This document shows positions 57,426 through 64,000 of a DNA stretch of 64,000 bases, piece after piece. This DNA is from Gammaproteobacteria bacterium (GTDB lineage Bacteria > Pseudomonadota > Gammaproteobacteria > JADZEE01): contig CBDDBH010000022.1 of assembly GCA_965225625.1 (NCBI GenBank), positions 66,103 through 130,102 on the forward strand, written 5' to 3'. Under the pieces are notes generated by a model. It did no database searches and was not told where the DNA came from. It was given only the letters and a program-made list of their open reading frames with translations. A program made the position numbers and the translations under genes. The stretch's first letter is position 1. Each line of letters starts with the position of its first letter.

Positions 57426-58433
57426 CTATTTTTTCCCAGCAAGATTCTCCGCGGTCAGGCAAAGGATCTCATACATAATTTGTTTCCCGGCTTGCGCGGT
57501 ATTGGTCGTTGCGTCGTATTCTGGTGCGACTTCGACGAGGTCGCCGCCGATGATGTCCAGTCCGCGCAAACCGCGCAGGATCTGTTGTGATTCGCGCGTG
57601 GTCAGACCACCGGTTTCCGGCGTTCCTGTCCCGGGCGCGTACACAGGATCCAGGCCGTCCACGTCAAAGCTGACATAGGTCGGGCCGTCGCCCACTACTT
57701 CGCGTGCTTTGGCGATGGTTGCGTCAACGCCCATTTTTACGAAGTCCTCTATATGAATGACCGTCATGCCCGATTCGTAGGAAAACTCCCAATAGGGTTC
57801 GGCCGCGCCACGAATACCGATCTGGATGGTGCGTTCGGGATCCAGCACGCCAGCGAGTACCGCGTTACGGAACGGACCACCGTGGTGAAATTTGTGATCA
57901 TCAAACCCACCCATGGTGTCGCAGTGCGCGTCGAAATGGACCAGCCCGACCGGTTCGTCGCGGCCCAGCGCCTTGAGAATAGGGAAGGTAATCGAATGGT
58001 CTCCACCGGCGGAAACGCACCTGATGCCTTTGTCCATTACACCGTGGTAATACTCTTCGATGGTGGCGATACCTTTTTCCAGGCTGAAGCCGAACAGCGG
58101 CACATCGCCCGCGTCCGCGATCTTGCACAGCGCGAACGGATTAACGGTCGTCTGGTGGTTGTACGGCCCGACCGACATTGACATGTCACGGATGGCCCTG
58201 GGACCGAAGCGCGCGCCCGGGCGGTGGACGACGCCGCGATCGAAGGGCACGCCGATGAGAGCGATGTCTAATTCGTCGAGGTTCTCGTTGTAGTCGGCGT
58301 CGAGCAGCGTGCGGATACCAACATAAAGCTTGCCGGCAGTTAGCATAGCTGCGGCGAACTCCGGGTTGTCGACCTCGTCTAAAGGACGATCAGCGTATTT
58401 CGCTCTTAATGCTTCCAGTTTCTTTTGATCCAT
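57426..58433 (-). CDS. agmatinase/guanidino-acid hydrolase (arginase family, ureohydrolase)
   Basis: Arginase-family motifs GGDHSITFP, DAHCDT, SFDVDGLDPVYAPGTGTP and IQIGIRG, with no frame breaks. Confidence 0.85.
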   Translation of the reverse strand: MDQKKLEALRAKYADRPLDEVDNPEFAAAMLTAGKLYVGIRTLLDADYNENLDELDIALIGVPFDRGVVHRPGARFGPRAIRDMSMSVGPYNHQTTVNPFALCKIADAGDVPLFGFSLEKGIATIEEYYHGVMDKGIRCVSAGGDHSITFPILKALGRDEPVGLVHFDAHCDTMGGFDDHKFHHGGPFRNAVLAGVLDPERTIQIGIRGAAEPYWEFSYESGMTVIHIEDFVKMGVDATIAKAREVVGDGPTYVSFDVDGLDPVYAPGTGTPETGGLTTRESQQILRGLRGLDIIGGDLVEVAPEYDATTNTAQAGKQIMYEILCLTAENLAGKK

Positions 58434-58517
58434 AGCCTCGTCTCGATTTGTTGCGCATGGTTTGGATGGGTGTCTGCGCCAATATGCGCCAATCGCGATA
58501 CGCCCGCCAGCGACAAA

Positions 58518-59588
58518 CTACCCTTTGTCCGGCGCCTTCCAGATATCGCGCTCCTGCATAAGTGCTATTTGGCGATCGCCGATTTCTTGCTTGTACCAGT
58601 CATGGTTACCCGGGACTTTGTCCAGGTAAAGATTCTTGGGGTAAATCGGCTGTTCGTATATGAGTTGCGCCATCTCGGTCCGTACGTCTTTCATGAAGTT
58701 GGTTATCTGCGCGCTGGCCCGATGATGCCGTAGCGCTTCAATGTTTATCGGGCCTGACACAAACGTCGAGCCGTTGGTATCGCGCTGTTTGCCGACGATA
58801 GTGCCACGGTAATCGACAATCATCGATTGGCCGCCACCAGCGTCAATGCCGGTTTCGCTGTCCGGAAACAAGTGATAACTACCGATGTTCGGCGCGACGA
58901 CATACATGTTGTTATCGAGCGCGCGGGCGCGGTTGGTTATCTCGAACGCATCGTTTTGAGTAAATGGCGCTGGGGTGGATCCTCGATACACGACTTCGGC
59001 GCCGTTCATCGCCAGTCCTCGCCCGTTCTCCGGATAACTGCCCTCAATGGCCATCATGATCCCAAGTCGTCCGATCTCGGTGTCCGCCACCGGCCAGAAG
59101 GCATTGAGAGTGCGGCCGTATTTTTCGACCCACCAGTCGAACAGGTCGTGCGGCGATACCGAGCGTTCGCAAGGTGCCAGTGGCGTGACTTTGTGATGCT
59201 TTAAGATCACCTCGCCGTGGGGATCAATGACGAAGCCGACGTTGAAGAATAAATCTTTCCAGTCCTCGTGCCGGGCTTTCGCCTGGGCCATGATGTAGAC
59301 GTTGTACTCTTTGGCAAGCTCGCCTAGCTGGTCGGTTTCCGGACCTGGAATATCGATGGCGCAGGTTCGAGTGTACTCAGCATGGTCGGCGTCCAGCGCC
59401 TCGTCATTGAAGCCCTGTAGAGCGCCTTCGGGTATGACGAGCAGACGCACCGGGATATCGAGGTTCGACAGCCAGAACGCGGCTTTGGTCAGACTTTGCA
59501 GATGATCTAGGTTCTTTTGAATGTCTTCGCGCTTACGGATCCCCCAGAAGGTGGGGATGAGGCCAACGGCGTTATACGGTTCGATCAT
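58518..59588 (-). CDS. formamidase/aliphatic-amidase homologue (nitrilase superfamily, AmiF-like) with catalytic Cys replaced by Ala
   Basis: Aligns along its length to AmiF-type formamidase (LVIPEGALQGFN Glu motif; VIDPHGEVILKHHK Lys motif). The Cys position in the motif xICHDGxIPE reads MAIEGSYPE (codon GCC). Likely start MIEPYNAV. Confidence 0.6.
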   Translation of the reverse strand: MIEPYNAVGLIPTFWGIRKREDIQKNLDHLQSLTKAAFWLSNLDIPVRLLVIPEGALQGFNDEALDADHAEYTRTCAIDIPGPETDQLGELAKEYNVYIMAQAKARHEDWKDLFFNVGFVIDPHGEVILKHHKVTPLAPCERSVSPHDLFDWWVEKYGRTLNAFWPVADTEIGRLGIMMAIEGSYPENGRGLAMNGAEVVYRGSTPAPFTQNDAFEITNRARALDNNMYVVAPNIGSYHLFPDSETGIDAGGGQSMIVDYRGTIVGKQRDTNGSTFVSGPINIEALRHHRASAQITNFMKDVRTEMAQLIYEQPIYPKNLYLDKVPGNHDWYKQEIGDRQIALMQERDIWKAPDKG

Positions 59589-59714
59589 TGTCAACTCCTC
59601 GAATAATCCTGCACTCTTTATATATATGCTGGCACCCAAGCGCTACCAGCGCGTCTCGCCAGCGAGTATCGCGCCGGTTTACACTTAGCTTTCACGTCCC
59701 AGAGCAGAACAACA

Positions 59715-60062
59715 ATGACCAACCTTTTGCCCTCCGAATTCGCTGATCTGGAGCCCTACCTGGTTTGGGCCCAGTCAACGGAACTGGCTCGCCACCAGGT
59801 TCGCGTTTCCCGATCCATTGAGGAGATCCGCGCATTTTACGACGCCGTGCTCCCCCGCATCGAGGCGATCCTCGAGTATTTGAACGCATTCCCCTTAGAC
59901 GACATGCCAGAGCAGGAGCATCGATTGCTGGAGTTGTCACTGGGTCTGGTCGAGGCCGCGAATGCGGTCGAGATGTTCGAAGAGCCGGGCATGCGTTACG
60001 GCTTCCCTATTGAGCGATTTACACCAAAGCACCACAAGACCGTGCAGGCACGGGGAGATTGA
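59715..60062 (+). CDS. hypothetical protein (115 aa) translationally coupled to the downstream Rieske oxygenase
   Basis: Its stop TGA overlaps or abuts the Rieske gene start; no family recognised. Confidence 0.4.
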   Translation: MTNLLPSEFADLEPYLVWAQSTELARHQVRVSRSIEEIRAFYDAVLPRIEAILEYLNAFPLDDMPEQEHRLLELSLGLVEAANAVEMFEEPGMRYGFPIERFTPKHHKTVQARGD

Positions 60063-60064
60063 AG

Positions 60065-61261
60065 ATGAACGCTGAAACTCACCCTTTTACCAGCGCCTAT
60101 CCGGAACTCGGTACCGGGCCAGTGCCCGTTGAACCTTATATCAGCAAAGACTATTTCGAGCGGGAATGCGCGCAGATATTCGCCCGCACCTGGATCAACG
60201 TCGGCTGCGAAGAACAGATCCCCAATCCAGGTGACTATTTTGTCCGCGAGCTTGCCGTTTGCAACACGTCGGTCATCGTTATGCGTGGCAAGGATAAGCG
60301 CGTGCGCAGCTTCCACAATATGTGTTCGCATCGCGGTAATCCGGTCGCCTGGGAAACGCAAGGGACCTGTAAAGGCTTACTTGTCTGCAACTTCCATGGC
60401 TGGAGTTATGACACCGAGGGAAAGCTTGCATATGTCACCGATGAAGAGCGGTTTTTCAACGTTGATCGCGCCAAAAATGGGCTGACCGCAATAGCCACCG
60501 ATACCTGGGAGGGGTTCATCTTTATTAACCTGGCGCCAGAGCCGCGCGAAAGCCTAGCGGAGTTTTTGGGGCCTGCGGCGGCGGCGATGGATGGCTATCC
60601 TTTTTCGCAATACTCATACACTTACGTGTATGAGGTGGACGACGGGGTTAACTGGAAAGTACTGACCGAGGCGCAGCTCGAAGGTTGGCACGTACCGGTG
60701 CTGCACAAAAAAACGCTGGCGAAATCAGTGGTCAACAAAGGCGAGCTGTTTCGCCACGCGGCGTTGCAGCGTTATGGCCGGCACGCACTGGTTTCCTCGC
60801 ATGCACCTGAGGTTTACACGCCAACGCCAGTTACCGCGGTCAGTATGAAATACGGTGTTGGAACATTCGACGCCTTTTCCGTGGAATCCGAGAACAGCGG
60901 CAATCGCGACATGAAATGGCACGGCGCATTCGACCTTTACCACGTCTTCCCGAACATGTTTCTGGGCCTGCTGCGCGGTACCTATTTCACTTACAACATC
61001 TGGCCGTTAGCAGTTGATCGCAGTATGTGGGAGATCAGGGTTTTCTACCCGCCGGCGGCCAACGCCGGGCAGTTATTCAGTCAGGAATTCGGTAAAGCGG
61101 GGATCCGGGATACCTTACGCGAAGATGCATTTACCCACGAGAAAATCCAATCGGTGCTCAAGTCTGGGGCGAAGCGGCAATTTCATTTGCAGGACGAAGA
61201 ATTGGTGGTAAGACATTTTTTGCGTGTGGTCGACGATTACGTACAGGGAAATTACGAATAA
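60065..61261 (+). CDS. Rieske non-haem iron oxygenase alpha subunit
   Basis: CSHRGNPVAW...CNFHGWSY Rieske motif; mononuclear Fe ligands in EGWHVPVLHKK; GGAG RBS before ATG 60065. Confidence 0.8.
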   Translation: MNAETHPFTSAYPELGTGPVPVEPYISKDYFERECAQIFARTWINVGCEEQIPNPGDYFVRELAVCNTSVIVMRGKDKRVRSFHNMCSHRGNPVAWETQGTCKGLLVCNFHGWSYDTEGKLAYVTDEERFFNVDRAKNGLTAIATDTWEGFIFINLAPEPRESLAEFLGPAAAAMDGYPFSQYSYTYVYEVDDGVNWKVLTEAQLEGWHVPVLHKKTLAKSVVNKGELFRHAALQRYGRHALVSSHAPEVYTPTPVTAVSMKYGVGTFDAFSVESENSGNRDMKWHGAFDLYHVFPNMFLGLLRGTYFTYNIWPLAVDRSMWEIRVFYPPAANAGQLFSQEFGKAGIRDTLREDAFTHEKIQSVLKSGAKRQFHLQDEELVVRHFLRVVDDYVQGNYE

Positions 61262-61279
61262 CGAACAAGAGAGGGTGTT

Positions 61280-62026
61280 ATGGACAAAGAACTACAAGAA
61301 CTGAAAACGCTGTTGCTGGACGTCAAGCAAGGTCTCGATCAGCTGCAGGATGTCGACGCTTTGCAGCGATTGATTGTCAACTACGCGCGCGGCTGTGATC
61401 GCGGCAATGATCCAAGCCTGATCGGTCCGCTGTTTTCGCAAGATGGCACCTGGGAGTGTAAAGGCTTCGGCAAATACATCGGTCGCGACAAAGTCGCAAA
61501 GGGTCTGCACGGCATCGCCGGTGAAAAAATATGGTGGTCGTTGCACTACATGATCTCGCCGCTGATTGACATCGCGCCTTCGGGTGATAGCGCCACGGGG
61601 TTCTGGTATCTGTGGGAGGCCGCCACCATACCGAACGAGGAAACCAACGACGCAGAAGCACACTGGATCGGCGGCACCTATGACACGGAGATGGTAAAGC
61701 GTGACGGCGAATGGTTCTTCAAGAGTATGGAACTGAAGTTGCACATGGCGAGCGGCTACGACCATGGCTGGGTAAAAAAGCGCTTCCCAAATGGGACCCG
61801 CAAACAACCGTATTTCGAAAACCTGGATGCCGGCAGCTACCATTGGTGTGCCTGTGGCCGCTCCAACAACCAACCGTTTTGCGACGGCTCGCACAAAGAG
61901 ACCAAGCGCACGCCGCTGGAATTCAAAGTGGAGGTCCAGGAAAACGTTGTGCTGTGCGGTTGTAAATACTCCAAGACCAAACCGTATTGCGATGGCTCGC
62001 ACTTGAATCTGAACCTAGATGGGTGA
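61280..62026 (+). CDS. NTF2/SnoaL-like domain fused to two CDGSH-type [2Fe-2S] domains
   Basis: N-terminal ~165 aa SnoaL-like region, then CACGRSNNQPFCDGSH and CGCKYSKTKPYCDGSH (two complete CDGSH signatures). Confidence 0.7.
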   Translation: MDKELQELKTLLLDVKQGLDQLQDVDALQRLIVNYARGCDRGNDPSLIGPLFSQDGTWECKGFGKYIGRDKVAKGLHGIAGEKIWWSLHYMISPLIDIAPSGDSATGFWYLWEAATIPNEETNDAEAHWIGGTYDTEMVKRDGEWFFKSMELKLHMASGYDHGWVKKRFPNGTRKQPYFENLDAGSYHWCACGRSNNQPFCDGSHKETKRTPLEFKVEVQENVVLCGCKYSKTKPYCDGSHLNLNLDG

Positions 62027-62035
62027 TCTGCAGCA

Positions 62036-63613
62036 ATGAGAAAAATACTGCCCCCCGGCATTGACCAGACAACCCTGACTAAAGCACTGGACGCCTTCGC
62101 GGACGTGGTTGGCGAACAGTGGGTGTTCGCCGACGAAGCCTCCGGATTAGAGAGTTATCTCGACTCCTACGCCATTGTTGAGCCGGATTACTACGCGCCG
62201 TCCGCGGCCGTTGCGCCAGATAGCGTTGAGCAGGTGCAGGCGATCCTGAAGATCGCAAACGAATACAAAATTCCGATCTGGACGATCTCTACCGGCAAGA
62301 ATCTCACCTACGGCGGGCCGGCGCCGCGTCTGCCCGGCAGTGTCGTTCTGGATCTGAAACGCATGAACCGCATTCTCGAGGTCAATGAGGAATTCGGTTA
62401 CTGCCTGGTCGAACCGGGGGTCAGCTATTTCGACCTGTACGAATACCTGCAAGAGAACAACATCAAACTATGGCTCAGCGTACCCAGCCCGGGTTGGGGC
62501 AGCGTGCTGGCAAACGCGCTCGAGCGTGGCGGCGGTCACACGCCCTATGGCGATCACTTCGGTATGCAATGCGGTATGGAAGTGGTTCTCGCCGACGGTG
62601 AGATCGTGCGTACCGGCATGGGCGCGCTGCCTAACAACAACACCTGGCAGTTATTCAAATATGGCTACGGGCCGTATCTGGACGGCATCTTCACGCAGTC
62701 CAACTACGGCGTGGTAACCAAGATGGGAATGTGGTTGATGCCTGAGCCGCCAGGATACCGCCCGTTTATGCTGACGTTTCCGCGCGAAGACGATATCGAA
62801 CCGCTGGTCGACATCATGCGACCGCTTAAGATTGCCGGTGTCATACCCAATGCGGCAGTGATCGTGAATGTGCTGTTTCAGGCAGCAGTGGACGTTAGCA
62901 AGTCAGAATACTACGACGGTACTGATCCCATTCCCGAGAGCGCCATTAAGAAGATCATGGCGGACAGGGACATCGGCATGTGGAACTTCTTCGGTGCGCT
63001 GTATGGCGATGAACGGATCATGGACGCGCAGTGGCAAACTATTAAAGACGCCTTCTCGGCGATACCTGGTACCAAGTTCTATCTGCGGGAAGACCGCCCG
63101 GACGATCCTGTGATGAAGTATCGCGCCAAAGGTATGTCCGGTGTGCCCAATCTTTCCGAATTCGGTTTCATCAACTGGCGTGGCAACGGCGGTCATATTG
63201 ATTTCTCACCGGTGTCGCCTTCCACCGGCGCCGACGCGCTAAAGCAATACCGAATGATCCGCGATCGCTGTCATGAATATGGTTTCGATTATCTCGGGGT
63301 ATTCGTGCTCGGGTGGCGAGAGATGCACCATATCTCCACGTTGGTATTCGACAAAACCGACGCGGCTGATAAGAAACGCGCGCACGATATGTTTGCAATT
63401 CTTATCGAAGAGGCCGCTGAGCTGGGATACGGCAGTTATCGAACGCACTTGGAGTATATGAATCAGGTTGCGGAAATGTTCAGCTTCAATGATCACTCTC
63501 TAATGCGCTTGAACGAACGACTCAAAGACGCGTTGGATCCGAATGGCATTCTCGCTGCGGGTAAGTCCGGGATCTGGCCTAAATCCTTGCGCGAAAACAG
63601 GGGTCCGCTATGA
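62036..63613 (+). CDS. VAO/PCMH-family FAD-linked oxidase (vanillyl-alcohol oxidase / 4-cresol dehydrogenase flavoprotein-like)
   Basis: PCMH-type FAD-binding domain (PIWTISTGKNLTYGG ... VVLDLKRMNRILEVNEEFGYCLVEPGV) with a VAO-like cap domain; 525 aa. Confidence 0.8.
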   Translation: MRKILPPGIDQTTLTKALDAFADVVGEQWVFADEASGLESYLDSYAIVEPDYYAPSAAVAPDSVEQVQAILKIANEYKIPIWTISTGKNLTYGGPAPRLPGSVVLDLKRMNRILEVNEEFGYCLVEPGVSYFDLYEYLQENNIKLWLSVPSPGWGSVLANALERGGGHTPYGDHFGMQCGMEVVLADGEIVRTGMGALPNNNTWQLFKYGYGPYLDGIFTQSNYGVVTKMGMWLMPEPPGYRPFMLTFPREDDIEPLVDIMRPLKIAGVIPNAAVIVNVLFQAAVDVSKSEYYDGTDPIPESAIKKIMADRDIGMWNFFGALYGDERIMDAQWQTIKDAFSAIPGTKFYLREDRPDDPVMKYRAKGMSGVPNLSEFGFINWRGNGGHIDFSPVSPSTGADALKQYRMIRDRCHEYGFDYLGVFVLGWREMHHISTLVFDKTDAADKKRAHDMFAILIEEAAELGYGSYRTHLEYMNQVAEMFSFNDHSLMRLNERLKDALDPNGILAAGKSGIWPKSLRENRGPL

Positions 63614-64000
63614 CTCAACAAGCACACGTCAGTAACGGCCAATGCCCCATCGCCTTGGAGGAACTCGAACAATCGGCGCAGGATTTCACCACTGCGGTGG
63701 TGCTGCCGTCCGAATGCTATTCGGATCCGGCTTTTTTCGATTTCGAAATGGAGGCGATATACACGCACGAATGGATCTGTGTCGGCCGCGTTGACCAGAT
63801 CCCGGAGCCAGGGGATTTCTACACCATCACGGTAACGGGTGAACCCCTCATCGTCGTGCGCAATCCCGATCGCGAGGTGCGCGTCATGTCAGGTGTGTGC
63901 CGTCACCGCGGTATGGTGATCACGGCGTCGGCGCAGACGACTCCGGAGCATTGGACCGATCCGCCCGCGGAGACCAAGGGCAACTGCCGCAGCTTCCGTT
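63610..64000 (+). CDS. second Rieske oxygenase alpha subunit, 5' part (runs off window end)
   Basis: ATGA overlap with the VAO gene; Rieske CxH motif GVCRHRGMVI; translation continues to the window edge. Confidence 0.7.
   Translation, partial: MTQQAHVSNGQCPIALEELEQSAQDFTTAVVLPSECYSDPAFFDFEMEAIYTHEWICVGRVDQIPEPGDFYTITVTGEPLIVVRNPDREVRVMSGVCRHRGMVITASAQTTPEHWTDPPAETKGNCRSFR

Noticed and set aside
59640-59714. TGGCAC-containing sequence (CTGGCACCCAAGCGCTACCAG) as a sigma54 promoter for the Rieske/CDGSH cluster
   Set aside because: It lacks the -12 TTGC element at the correct spacing; only a partial palindrome.
1-64000. Searched for rRNA, tRNA, CRISPR arrays, integrase, transposase, toxin-antitoxin or defence-system genes
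   Set aside because: None recognised by eye; every ORF of 100 codons or more was assigned to metabolic, transport or regulatory families or to antisense artefacts.

Overview
A 64 kb high-GC (about 58-60%) proteobacterial chromosome segment. The 5' end is housekeeping: an RND efflux pump with its membrane-fusion adaptor (both minus strand), methylmalonyl-CoA epimerase, then glnA with a sigma54-type promoter and intrinsic terminator, followed by a glnE that is split into two ORFs. The remaining ~50 kb is an accessory and catabolic stretch. It holds three complete Rieske oxygenase alpha-subunit genes and one partial, a PQQ quinohaemoprotein alcohol dehydrogenase, FAD and LLM monooxygenases, a VAO/PCMH-type flavoprotein, and hydantoinase A/B. 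It also holds a CocE/NonD hydrolase, several GSTs, SDRs, MBL-fold hydrolases, and TetR and LysR regulators. The two loci I rate highest are (i) a compact mauB-mauA TTQ amine-dehydrogenase pair with no mauE/D/G/C nearby, flanked by a Rieske oxygenase and a Cys-rich hypothetical, and (ii) a Rieske / NTF2-like-CDGSH x2 fusion / VAO-type flavoprotein / Rieske cluster. Also notable are a formamidase/amidase homologue whose catalytic Cys reads as Ala, next to an agmatinase; a ~265 bp MITE-like element with 36/37 terminal inverted repeats; and a 61 bp perfect palindrome. There is an unusual density of frameshifted or truncated genes (glnE, HpaB-like, parvulin-like, a secreted arginase-family gene, a LysR tail, a PLP-decarboxylase remnant); this points to either homopolymer indel errors or real gene decay. 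Several low-GC islets of 43-50% sit in this otherwise high-GC segment. I found no rRNA, tRNA, CRISPR, integrase or transposase genes. Coordinates of small repeats may be off by 1-2 nt.
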